In this document: positions 48,644 to 59,700 of the stretch, piece by piece
Layout of the letters: every line of letters starts with the position of its first letter
Position numbering within the stretch: position 1 is the first letter of the stretch
Source: Carpediemonas membranifera BICM
Taxonomy: Eukaryota; Protista; Fornicata
Assembly: GCA_019828565.1 (NCBI GenBank)
Contig: JAHDYR010000012.1
Location: forward strand, 1 to 64,000
DNA: 64,000 bases
Direction of reading: 5' to 3'
Notes under the pieces: model-generated
Told to the model about the DNA's origin: nothing
Databases searched by the model: none
The model's input: only the letters and a program-made list of their open reading frames with translations
Position numbers and translations under genes: made by a program

Positions 48644-49774
48644 TTATTGATTCGAATCACTGTTATCCTCGGCATCAGCTGTATCAAAATGCTTCATCAT
48701 GTCACGGAAGTGCGAGAGATCGAATACCTCCCCTTCCTGATGCAGTGACTTATAGCAAGAAATGCAGATAGGGCCTCTCTCAGAGGGACGACCCATAAGG
48801 TCGGGGCCAGACTCAAACTTATTAAAGGCGATGTGGTCCTTGCAGAAGTATGCATGGCAGTACATGCACATGAAAGAGTTGACACCGTTCGCGGAGATAT
48901 CAGTCTCACAGCCTCCCTTCATGCATATAGTCTGCTTCTCAGCGTTTGAACAGAGCTCACAGACGGTGAACGTCTTGTCATTGTTGTTCTTGTCCTTGCG
49001 AGTGACCGTCGAAAAGCTATCATCCTCACAGATTCTGTGGACGAACCTGTGGCAGAAGTCGCACTCTAAGACAGTTTCGTCTGTTCTACCGTCAACGAAG
49101 AAGAGGCCACGTAAGTCTGCGCAGTAAGGGCAACACTTGCGGAGGCTGTTCTTCCACATCTTGGCAGTGGTGCCCATAAAGTATTCCGCGTCGGAAGCGC
49201 CTGGCTTCGTGTTCCTAAACTGCTCAGTCATGTGGTTCACGGCCTCAATCATCTCAGCGACGTTGGCACCGTTGACTGACGAAGCTTGCATTGCACGCGT
49301 GGAGTCAACGGACATAGTGGGCTGCTCAGCGGTCTGAACAGTGGGGTGGGGGGTGGGGACGGCAGGATTGCGGCGCGGCTGGCACACCCGGAAGGCTCTT
49401 TGGGAGCTGTCGAGCTTGGAATTTCGCAAATGATCAGTTTCAGCGTCAGTGAGAGTTACAAGCTGGCTGAGTCCGGCTATCAATGCGGCACGCCCTGTAT
49501 CTGTCGCGTGAATTCCTTGGTAGATGCCCTTCGTGTTAGGAGAGAGTTTGCGGCCAGCAAGGTTCTCGATAGCCTTGGGTACTGACCTCATGAAGTCCTG
49601 CTTACGCGGCATGCGCTCTAGAACAGTTTTTGGGAGGATTGCAAGGATTGCATCCGCGATGGAGCGACAATCGCATTTCGTGCTTCTCTCTTCCCAACGA
49701 TAGCATGTTGCGATGATTGTGTGCACAATATCACGCACAGTATCTCTTGAAAGCCGCTCCTGGTCTTCTACCAT
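48644..49774 (-). CDS. Cargo: PHD-finger protein with a second C-terminal zinc finger (376 aa)
   Basis: CPYC...LECDFCHRFVHRIC...CELC fits C4HC3; then CMKGGC...CMYCHAYFCKDH...CISC. Confidence 0.8.
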   Translation of the reverse strand: MVEDQERLSRDTVRDIVHTIIATCYRWEERSTKCDCRSIADAILAILPKTVLERMPRKQDFMRSVPKAIENLAGRKLSPNTKGIYQGIHATDTGRAALIAGLSQLVTLTDAETDHLRNSKLDSSQRAFRVCQPRRNPAVPTPHPTVQTAEQPTMSVDSTRAMQASSVNGANVAEMIEAVNHMTEQFRNTKPGASDAEYFMGTTAKMWKNSLRKCCPYCADLRGLFFVDGRTDETVLECDFCHRFVHRICEDDSFSTVTRKDKNNNDKTFTVCELCSNAEKQTICMKGGCETDISANGVNSFMCMYCHAYFCKDHIAFNKFESGPDLMGRPSERGPICISCYKSLHQEGEVFDLSHFRDMMKHFDTADAEDNSDSNQ

Positions 49775-50578
49775 ACTGCCCCACTTTTGTGGGGGTGTAA
49801 AAAACTGAGTGCAGTTTTAAGTTGGAAATGGAATCCTACAGGTATAGAGACTATTACGAAGAGATAGGAACCGTTATAGCTGCAATTGATGCAATATTAG
49901 CACATCCAGAACTGTGGGCGGTAGCAGAGCGTGTTGGAATGGATAGATTAGCAAGAGCGAAGGACTTACTCAATATAGAGCAAGAAAGGGCCAAATGCGG
50001 GATTCCGCCATCAAGTTCAGAAGAGTACAGTGATTCACAGTAAACCGTAGCGATCTATTGAGTTATATTCAGTTCTGGCCATGTTCGGCTTTTCCGGAAT
50101 GTCAAAAATTTGACACGTCCATTTTCTCCAAATTGCTGATTGCCAACGCTAGACCAGACATGCCAGGCTGTAGTACACGTGCTATACTACAACGTGGTGG
50201 TTCTGGTTTGCCGTTGGCAATCAGCAATTTCGAGAACAGACAAACTTCTTTTGCGATTTTTGCAACTTCTGGAGCATATATCATTTGGTACAGACCCAGC
50301 CACGCAATAAAAACGCATAGCGTGGCTTACCATGGTCGGAACTATCTTAGAAAAGTTTGCGGTAAATATTGAGTAAATATTTGATATAGATCTCGAGATT
50401 TAATGTCCCTTAGGTAGCCCTTGGATGCAAACATCCGCCCAGTAAATTTCGCTGTACAGCTCTAGCCCAATACAAAAATATGAGGGCTCGAAGTTTTGGC
50501 CTTCTCAGAAAAAGGTGGCAGTATACTGCTACTTTTCTTTGCTTGAGTAGCTGTATTACACCCCCTCCAGACAGCATG

Positions 50579-53500
50579 ACAACGAACGCGAACGCGAATA
50601 ACGCGCAGATCACGCTCAAAGTACAGAAACAACATCAGTATTAGTGGTTGAGGCCATTAGCCTCAGCTTGACGGTGTGCAGCATCCGCCTGGCGCATGAA
50701 CGCATGGAACACATGAACTTGCTGCCGCATACAGGCCATCATGACCGCGTCGGCAATCTGCCCAACAGTTTCGGCATCAAGGCCCAAAACGTCGCGCATC
50801 TCATCGGTCCATCCTCTCCCATGCACAGCACCAACACCACCACTCTGGCGAACGACCACGGGAATAACCCGGACGTTCCAGTTGGCGTACTGCTCCTTCT
50901 TGCTCCGCATAGATGCAGACGCGTGATTGCTCACCACTACGTCAAGCACAACGGGTTCGGTATGGCCCGGTCTGGTCAAGAGGAGGTCCGCCCGCGCCTT
51001 GACCCGTTTGGTCCGGTCCACAGTCCACTCGCTGCCCCGTCCGAGCCAATGCTCAACTCTTACGCGCCAGGGGTGCCCGCGCAGCAGTTTGGCGAGCGTG
51101 TCGCGAATTTGGTCGTGCCGCTCCGATCCCAGCCCCTCCCTCAGGAAGGGACAGGTAAGAGAATGCTCGGCTGAGCAGGGGACAGACCGGTGATTAACAC
51201 TACGGGCCAGGCATAGCGGACAGACGTCGTGGCCTGTCTCAAAGGCAGGAAGGCCGACATGGTTGCGAAGCATCGGTGCAGCACCCTCGTCACAGGGGTT
51301 ACGACCCATAGCGGCTGGATCAGCCGCGAGTAGAGACCTGATCACGTTTGGCGAGTCGACTGAAACAGTCAGTTGGCTGGAAATGTTATCCTGCAGGAGG
51401 CGTACCAACTTCTTCTGCGTGCTCTCGAGTGAGAGCTTTCTGACATCGCCATATGATGTCGGCCAATCCTTGGGCGTCGCGGCGAGAGCCGGGATGCATG
51501 GCAGTGCGTCTTGGATGAGAGCCTCGGGCCTTTCGACCTTCAGCTCTATGAGTTGTCGTGCGGCACCCAGATAGGCTGGGGCCCACACAACAGAGGGCAT
51601 GGCCAATCCGAGCCCGCCTTGACTGACCGGCAGACAGAGCCTTGCGGCGAAGTCCTTGTCAGTCTCTGCGCTGGACTGGAGCAGCTTCAGGATGGCGGGG
51701 ACCACCTTCTGCTGTTCGAAGTCCAGTTGCGACTCGAACATGTCACCCCCGCCCGGCGAAACATTGCGGAAGAAGTGCTCCCACTTGGTGAGGGCACACA
51801 GTTTCGTCACTAGGAGGGCAGGGGCGACGGCTTCCGCGCCAATGTCAGAGACCATCGATGCAGCAGCGTCAAGCAGCTCCATAACCTTGCGGTTAGCAGA
51901 GCCTAGCTCCCGCATGATGTGCGTGGCGGAGCCGATTGGAACACCAACCAGCTTGGTATCGCGTCTCCGTGGGACGCCACCAGTTGTGTTGCCGTCAACG
52001 ACATCCTTATGGGCTAGCACGCACTTGGCACGGTTGAGGCGGAGGCCAACCTCGTTGAACTTCTGAGCGGCGAGTTCTGTGAGATTGTTGGCCTCACGGC
52101 CGACCCCAGGCGACTGTAGCGGGCGGGTAGTGGTGGCTACAATGTCATCCTGGTAGGCACGGATGCACCACCCAGGGAAAGCCTCGCGCAAGACGTCCAG
52201 AATGGGCTTAACGCCTAAGCTGAAAAGAATTGGCGAGAGCGGGTCCCCTTGGTGAATGCCTTCAGCCGACCTCATGGTGATGCCGGAGGTAGAGAAAAGT
52301 AAGCCCCGTCGGTACATGGTCGACAGGTATGGGATGAGCGCCGGCATGTAGGCCGCCACCACCTTCATGGCGAAGGCCCTCGACAAGCATCCATAGGCGT
52401 TGGAAAGGTCGAGTGTGAGCACTGTACCGCCACTTCGGTAGACTGCACTCACCTCCTCTCCCAACCTCTCCAAGCCGCACTTCTCACCTACTCCGAACTG
52501 GTCCTTCAGGGCACGATCGACGTCAACCAGCCGCTTACGGACGGACCAGGCGAGTGCCTTTGCCGCCACACGGCGAATAGAGTCGCCGATCGCGACCCCT
52601 CGGACCTTCCCTTCACCTTTCGGCACAGGGACGAGAATGCAATGACTGAACACATCAGTGTAAGCTTCTCCGTTCAGGATGTCCTGAACCAGCGGGAGCA
52701 GAGCCTGGACTAGTTCGCGCCTTGATGTCTTGTAGGCGATCTTCAGGTGAAGGAACGATAGCCCGGAGGGCCCCGGGGCCGCCTCAGACTTGAGTGTGTT
52801 GAGGATGGTCTTCAGAGTCTTAGAGGAAACTTCGACACACTGCAGGGGTTCTCGGGGACGTCTCGCATGGGGACGTCGGGACAAAGCCCGTTGAACCCAA
52901 CCTGGAGGTCCCGCAGTTGAGCGTCGATTTCAGTCGGTGTCAGGTCAGTCTCATTGGCTACCATGGACGTGGCGGCCTTCGAGACAAACCCGTGGCGAAT
53001 CAGGTTCAGCGTCCGACGCCACTTGCTCGCGCTAGCGCGTCGTCCGCCTCGGTCCGACGGCGGTGCGTACAGCGTCTTGGGGTAGTCTACAACCTTAAGA
53101 GCCTCAGCCCGCTTGGCGTCGTCACCTGTCGCGTTGTTCACCTCCCTCAATCGTTCAATAAGGCCTCGTGTGAACTTCTCGCGCCCGCGCTTGGGCGGAG
53201 CGATCTTTCCGAGGAACAAGGCCTGACCCGGGGAAGGAAGACATCGGGTCGATGAGCAGGGGTAGTGGGAGGTGCTGATGGCGGGGTTAGGGGAAACCAA
53301 CCGCCGAAACGTGAGCTGCCGTGTCTGCCTGGACCTCTTCGTCAACAGGCTGCGATGACAGACCCTCGTCGTCCGTCGCGATCTCTACTGCAGAGGGAGG
53401 GACATTTGCAGCGGTCTCTGGACGCATAGCGTTGTCTCGTATCGTGCAGGCGATAATCGCAATGGACTTGGGGGCTGTGTTTGCAGAACGCAACGAAGTT

Positions 53501-54017
53501 GCCGTTGGCAGCGCCTGTGTGGTGATGCTGTGGGCCTTAAGGAGGTCCTTGAAGCTGTCAGCAATCGCCTTCAGGGCTTTCACGGTAAAGCGTACGATGT
53601 GTTTGTTCTGGACGTCGCGCATGAGCTCGACAACCGCAGTTTCAGAGCACAATGTGTTGAACACCGTGTCCGTATCACACCACAGTCTGTCAATTAGGCT
53701 TATGTCGACGAACTTCGCGTAGGTGCTATGAACTTCGGTAAGAAGAGCACGAACATCCTCGGCGAAGACGCTTTCGCGCCATACGAGTCTCGTACGTCGT
53801 CGAGTCACCATCTGGCCTCCAGGATCAGCCTGGGGCACAGAAAATGACGACATTTCCATTTCGGGAGGGAGCAAACTTTTATGTAATCAACGACAAACTG
53901 TCTAGCGAGCGGCGAGGCGCAGCCGAGCTTCGCGAGCCTGAGCGCAGCGAAGCAGTTTGAGGCTATGGGGTGCGTCGGGGTCCTCCGTCGCTCCATCCAG
54001 TGAGTCGCTGGCGAGTC
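50579..54017 (-). mobile_element. Non-LTR retrotransposon, CRE-clade (RT plus restriction-like endonuclease), unit 1
   Basis: ORF about 53859 to 50641 with two frameshifts; APGPSG, PVPK...VRGVAIG, QFGVG, LDLSNAY, GIHQGDPLSP, AYQDD, CPLC...H...C, RHD, RADL...LDVVV...KKEQY. Confidence 0.92.
50641..52884 (-). CDS. RT-zinc knuckle-RLE portion of the CRE-like ORF
   Basis: RT, CCHC and RLE motifs listed for unit 1; upstream parts in 52812-53345 and 53287-53859. Confidence 0.9.
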   Translation of the reverse strand: MSRRPHARRPREPLQCVEVSSKTLKTILNTLKSEAAPGPSGLSFLHLKIAYKTSRRELVQALLPLVQDILNGEAYTDVFSHCILVPVPKGEGKVRGVAIGDSIRRVAAKALAWSVRKRLVDVDRALKDQFGVGEKCGLERLGEEVSAVYRSGGTVLTLDLSNAYGCLSRAFAMKVVAAYMPALIPYLSTMYRRGLLFSTSGITMRSAEGIHQGDPLSPILFSLGVKPILDVLREAFPGWCIRAYQDDIVATTTRPLQSPGVGREANNLTELAAQKFNEVGLRLNRAKCVLAHKDVVDGNTTGGVPRRRDTKLVGVPIGSATHIMRELGSANRKVMELLDAAASMVSDIGAEAVAPALLVTKLCALTKWEHFFRNVSPGGGDMFESQLDFEQQKVVPAILKLLQSSAETDKDFAARLCLPVSQGGLGLAMPSVVWAPAYLGAARQLIELKVERPEALIQDALPCIPALAATPKDWPTSYGDVRKLSLESTQKKLVRLLQDNISSQLTVSVDSPNVIRSLLAADPAAMGRNPCDEGAAPMLRNHVGLPAFETGHDVCPLCLARSVNHRSVPCSAEHSLTCPFLREGLGSERHDQIRDTLAKLLRGHPWRVRVEHWLGRGSEWTVDRTKRVKARADLLLTRPGHTEPVVLDVVVSNHASASMRSKKEQYANWNVRVIPVVVRQSGGVGAVHGRGWTDEMRDVLGLDAETVGQIADAVMMACMRQQVHVFHAFMRQADAAHRQAEANGLNH

Positions 54018-54742
54018 AACAAAACCAACAAGAACACTCTGAAGCGCTCTGCACGAGCCGATTGCTACACCAATATCAGAATTGAGCAACAATTAGTGGG
54101 AGAGGCCCAAATCCTCTGCTGCAGCATGTGCTGCGTCGCATTGCTTGATGAACGCTGCATATGTGTGCACTTGCCCTCTCATGCATGCCAAGAAAGCGTT
54201 ATCAGCCATCTCGCGGACCTGCTCAGCCTTAAGACCAAGTTCATCGCGCAAATCGTCCGTCCAGCCCCTTCCGTGCACTCTTCCAACGTCACCGTTGTGA
54301 AGCGTCACCGCGGGTATGAGCTTGACGTCCCAGTTGGAGTACTGGGCGCGCTTGCTCGTCATGGCCTGAGACACGTGGTTGCTGACGACGTTGTCAATGA
54401 CGATTGCCTTCACGCCAGGTTTCGTGAGGAGGATGTCCGCCCGCGCCTTCATAGGCTTGGTCCGGTCAATGGTCCACTCACTGGCCTTGTTCAACCACAC
54501 CTCGGACTGGACTCTCCAGCCATAACCCTTCAGGTCTCTCACCAGCCCGTCCTTGATAGCGTTGTGACGCTCGTCGGAAGGGAGCATCGTTTATTGCCTT
54601 TTGGACGAACTGTATTGCGAGCGGCGAGGCGCAGCCGAGCTTCGCGAGCCTGAGCGCAGCGAAGACGTCACTCTAGTGGTCAGTATGTCGGGTTTGAGGC
54701 ACTGCTCGCTCCGAAATCTCCCTTTCGACTCTCCACTCAGTC
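54018..54742 (-). mobile_element. CRE-like unit 2 (different subfamily), internally deleted: 5' UTR fused to the RLE tail
   Basis: ORF 54093-54587 RHN...RADILL...IDNVV...KRAQY; shares a 48-nt block with the unit 1 5' UTR. Confidence 0.85.
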
Positions 54743-55383
54743 ACAACGAACGCGAACGCGAATAACGCGCAGATCACGCTCAAAGTACAGAAACAACATC
54801 AGTATTAGTGGTTGAGGCCATTAGCCTCAGCTTGACGGTGTGCAGCATCCGCCTGGCGCATGAACGCATGGAACACATGAACTTGCTGCCGCATACAGGC
54901 CATCATGACCGCGTCGGCAATCTGCCCAACAGTTTCGGCATCAAGGCCCAAAACGTCGCGCATCTCATCGGTCCATCCTCTCCCATGCACAGCACCAACA
55001 CCACCACTCTGGCGAACGACCACGGGAATAACCCGGACGTTCCAGTTGGCGTACTGCTCCTTCTTGCTCCGCATAGATGCAGACGCGTGATTGCTCACCA
55101 CTACGTCAAGCACAACGGGTTCGGTATGGCCCGGTCTGGTCAAGAGGAGGTCCGCCCGCGCCTTGACCCGTTTGGTCCGGTCCACAGTCCACTCGCTGCC
55201 CCGTCCGAGCCAATGCTCAACTCTTACGCGCCAGGGGTGCCCGCGCAGCAGTTTGGCGAGCGTGTCGCGAATTTGGTCGTGCCGCTCCGATCCCAGCCCC
55301 TCCCTCAGGAAGGGACAGGTAAGAGAATGCTCGGCTGAGCGGGGGACAGACCGGTGATTAACACTACGGGCCAGGCATAGCGG
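54743..55383 (-). mobile_element. CRE-like unit 3, 3' fragment
   Basis: Nearly identical to 50579-51219. Confidence 0.92.
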
Positions 55384-56300
55384 CTGACATTGCGTCTAAG
55401 TACTCTTCAACCGTAGCAGCGAGGAAATCGTGCGCGTAGGACCTATCATTTACGTCCTTCTTCCGTGACTTGTGGGATTCCTTCTCGGCTTGCTGCATCT
55501 TCTTGGCTTGGGAGAGAGCGGCGCGCATGGTGTTGGCGATGGAGGACTTATCCTCAAAGGTCTTACAGCGTTCACGTAAGCGATCATTGCGGATGCCCTT
55601 CAGGAATTTGGCTACGAGGCTCGACTGCTTCGGGGGTACAGAGGCGCAGTTTTCGAGTGTCCGCTGGTAGATTAACGTGTAGTAGAGCATGGACTCATAA
55701 ACGTTCTTGCTGGCGGTGTCAAAGGTAATCGAGTCAAATCGGTCGAGCGCGTCCTGACGGTCGAGGGGTCCGAAGATGTCGTTCACCATTGAGATAAATC
55801 TTTTGTTGAAGTCGTTAGGGGTCTCGGGTGTGTGAACGGGTAGATGCTCGGACTCGTCGGAGACCGAACTATCAGTGTCAGACTCGGTGTCGTCATCAGT
55901 GTCAGACTCAGGGGGCGCGAGGAACAGAAGGGGGTCCCTAGGCGCAGCGCGGGGTTGCTGTGTGACCTCACGGGCACGAGTAATAAGGTCTTCGAGGTCC
56001 GGGCATTCGAGGAACATGATCTTCAAAACCGTCGCTGCGACGTAATCGAAGATCAGAGGCTTGGAAGCGGCGTTTCGTGCGTAATGGGCAATGAAGGCTT
56101 CCCGGAATGAATACCATGCCTTAGGCTTCGTACTAGTGAGATAGGGTGCCAGGAAAGCTGATAGTTGTTCTACGTTCATCTAGATAGTAATATTACTGTG
56201 GTGGGCACAGAACAACAACAATCAATGCGAAGTGTTTAAATAGGGTCGAACCCTAGTGGTAAATATGGCCTAAATATATACGGGTCAGGTGACCACTACA
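55384..56300 (-). mobile_element. Gypsy element F, 5' fragment: LTR about 56197-56300 and truncated gag from 56179
   Basis: TGT...ACA-bounded 104-bp segment; palindrome AGTAATATTACT at 56186-56197; gag-like LVAKFLKGIRNDRLRE. Confidence 0.75.
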
Positions 56301-56450
56301 ACGTCCCGAGCAAGCGCGTTTTCGCGCCAATCGGACGTTATGGAAACTCTCATCGCCATCTGGCCTCCAGGATCAGCCTGGGGCACAGAAAATGACGACA
56401 TTTCCATCGGAAGGGAGCATCGTTTATTGCCTTTTGGACGAACTGTATTG
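56301..56450 (-). mobile_element. CRE-like 5' fragment
   Basis: 56356-56407 identical to 53808-53859; 56408-56450 identical to about 54575-54617. Confidence 0.8.
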
Positions 56451-56790
56451 GCCAGATTTTGCTGGCCACACAACATATACACTCTTACCCAAGGACCTGC
56501 CGTCCACACAGCTGCTCAATGCTAGCTGACCCAGCGGCTCTTTGCGCGCTGCGGTACCGGGCGTCTCTGTGACTGCTCACCGGTGCGATGGATTTTATGG
56601 GTTGTGGCTTAGTGCTCCAATAGTGTGCGCGCTGTGCGCCGCAATTGCGTGGGATGATTACGCATGGCCTCTCCGATATACGGCCTAAGTGAATTCCCGT
56701 TGGCCCAAGTGCCGAGCTGGAGGAGCGTTTCGACTGGCATGCCGGAGAGGGCGTGTGGTATGGATAGAACAGCTAGCGAAAGAGATTTAA

Positions 56791-59700
56791 TCAATTGATT
56801 GGGACACTACCCCTCTCCTCGAGGTGACGGCGCACGACGGACGTGCGGGCGGCGTCAGAGTTGGGACCCTCCCACGTGGCCTTAGCCTCAGGGAAGCCGA
56901 GCCACTTAATGAGGAGGTCGCCAGTCTCGTCGTCGACCTCTAGGACTTTCTCGACGTAATACTCCTCGTCGTCGGTAGCCGCGATGCGCAACAGTTCGGC
57001 GTCGCTGAGGGGGCCTTGGCAGATGCGGATTAACTGGCTCAGGTGGACCCGGCGGCTCTTGCCGCCAGTGAGCGGCGTGATCTCCGCTGCGTAACCGTCG
57101 GCGGCTGTGATGCGGAATGGGCCGCGGTGGCCGTGTAGCTTCGTGGGGCTCTCGTTCTTACGAAGGACCAGAGTGCCCGGCTCGATCGGGGGCGTCGGCT
57201 CTGCGGTCCTTGTCATTGCCTGCTGGCGGTTGAGGGCCTGGTCGGCGAGGATCTGGAGGTGCTCGGTGAGCGCGTCGATGTAGGAGGCTATGTCGTCCAG
57301 GGGAGTATGAACTCTACCCTCCTCCTTGGGTGCGATCGTGAAGTCGCGAGCGGAGGCATGCTTGCCCATCAAGAGAGCAATGGGTTCTACGCCGGTGACG
57401 GAGTGGACCGTAGTGTTCAGGATGTACTGGACGTATGGGACCACGGAGGCCCAGGCGTCGTAACGGTCAAACATCAGACAGAGCACACGTAAGTGTCGCT
57501 TGACTTCCTGGTTGCGTCTCTCGGCCAGGCCGTTTGACTGAGGGTGGAAAGGGATTGTCCGGTGGTACGTGACCTGCAAGCGATCAAGGAAAGCTTCTAT
57601 CATCCGATTGCGGTACTCGGGGCCGTTGTCCGAAAGGAACTCGCGAGGCACACCGTAGCGTCCGATGATGGACCAAAGTGCCAGCCCGACCGTCGTCGCG
57701 TTGTTGGAAGCTGTGGGGATGAGCTCCGTGAAGCGGGTAAACATGTCGGTTGCCACCAGGATGTATCTGAAACCCTCGGAGTCGACAGGGAAAGGACCCA
57801 TGGTGTCTACAGCGATGGTCTGGAAGGGTCGGTCGCGCAGAGAAGACTGCGTTGTGGTCTTAATGAAAGCGGAGAGGCGTGCCTTAGCGCAGTACACGCA
57901 GGTTGACACGACTGCGTGCACGTCGGAGTGGAGGCCTGGCCAATCGTGCCCAAGCTGGCGGACGTTCCTGATGGTGGCCTGCTCGCCCTCGTGGTATCGG
58001 TGAGCTTCTTGCACGATCTTGCGCTTGGCGTCTTCGTCGAGCTCGGCCTCTGAGACGTTGTTGACCTGCGAGACTGTGGCCTGCGGGTTGTATCGACTGA
58101 GTGCGTCGGCCAGTGTGTTCTGCGCGCCTGCGATGTGTCTGATGACGAACTCGAACTCTTGGATCATAAGCAGCCAGCGGAGGTGCTTACGGTTTTCCTG
58201 GCCAGCCTTGGAGTGCAGGTAGACCAAGTTGCGGTGGTCCGTCCAGATCGTCAGGTCCTGGTGGACTCTAAAGATGGGCGAGAGGTCAGGCCGAGTGAGG
58301 CAGTAGATGATCGCGAACAGCTCCTGGTCGTACGTGCACCAACGCGACTGTGTGTCGTTGAAGACCTTTGAGAAGAATGACACGACGCGCCATGTGTTGT
58401 CCGAGTCAAGCTGCAGTAAGACACCGCCGATGCCTTCGAGAGAGGCGTCGGTCTCGAGGCGCCAGGGCCTGCTCTGGTCCGGATGGGCGAGGACCTCTTC
58501 GTCTGTCACGGCCTGCTTGAGCTGATCAAACAGAGCCTGAAGCGTGTCGTCCCAGTCGTTGAAGGTGTAGGGTGGGACCTTGCTGACCAAGGCCTGGAGC
58601 GGCTTGAGGCGTGTCTGGCAGTCGGGGATATAGTCACTGAGGTATGTGAACATACCGATGATCATGCGTAGGTCCTTGACCGAGTGAGGTGCGGCGAGGT
58701 CCTGCATGGATCTGACACGAGTAGGGCTCATGCGGCGGCCCTTGCCATCGACGATATCGCCGAGGATCTCGATAGACGTCGCCCCGAAGACACACTTGTC
58801 GCCGCGGAGGCGGACGTTGCGTTCCTCTGCGATACAGAGTAGGCGGTCGACGTGGTCTAGAAGCTCCTGAGGTGTCTTGGCTCGACCAAAGATGTCGTCG
58901 ATGTAGTTCTTCGTACCGTCGGCGCGCACAGGGGCAAGGATTGCCTGGATGGCCCGCTGGAACTGTGACGGTAGGTTACGAAGACCAAAGGGTGCAAAGT
59001 TGTACTCTTTGAACCGGCCTGGCAGCGTTATAGCGGTGAGGTACTTGTGGTCTTCGCGTACTGGCATTTGATGAAAACCTGACCGGAGGTCACAAGCGAA
59101 GAAGTACTTGGCACCGATGAAGTCGTTGGTGAAGGTGCGGATATCTGCGAGGGGGAACCTGTCTGGTGTAGTTACCGAGTTAAGCTCGCGGTAGTCGGCG
59201 CAAAGTCGTAACTCGCTTGACTTCTTCACTACGATGACGGCTGCGGATGCCACGTGGCTGTAGGAATCGCGTACGATGCCCTGTCTGTCCATGTCGTCGA
59301 TAATCTCGTGCACTCTTTCGGCGGTGGATGCCGTGAGCGGTCGAGGGGCATGGTTGGGTAGGGGTGCGCCTGGCACGATGTCAATCGTTGCGGCGGCGAT
59401 CTGGGCGCCGTCAGGGTGCAGCTCGCCGAATACCGGTGCGTGCCGGCGGATGACATCAGCCATCTCGGCTTTGAGCGGGAAGTCGCTTGCGATGCGTGTG
59501 CCAAGTGGGCCCGCGTCGTCGCTGACGATGTTGTTGACTGCGTGGAAGTCATCGGTCTGGTCGTCGGGGAGGCCTTCGTCCTCGCCGTCGTGAACTTGCG
59601 GGCGGAGGCGAAGCATGATGCCCTCGTCGGACATGAGGCCTAAGAACCACAATATATCCGAGCCGATGAGGACCTTATCGGCCCTGCCGCTGATGACGTG

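Larger units (their letters stand above)
33079..50578 (+). mobile_element. Large TIR DNA transposon, copy 2 (17.5 kb, transposase-encoding)
   Basis: TIRs at 33079-33100 and 50557-50578; terminal ~1.2 kb and ~1.7 kb nearly identical to copy 1; flanks (TG / AC) are not a TSD, so the two ends were probably joined or exposed by rearrangement. Confidence 0.88.

Noticed and set aside
33079-50578. Polinton/Maverick or endogenous virus
   Set aside because: No pPolB, packaging ATPase, capsid or retroviral-type integrase motifs seen; the TSD of the family is 2 bp
54700-54742. Hammerhead ribozyme at the CRE 5' end
   Set aside because: CTGAGTG...GAAA does not match the CUGANGA core and the stems are not convincing
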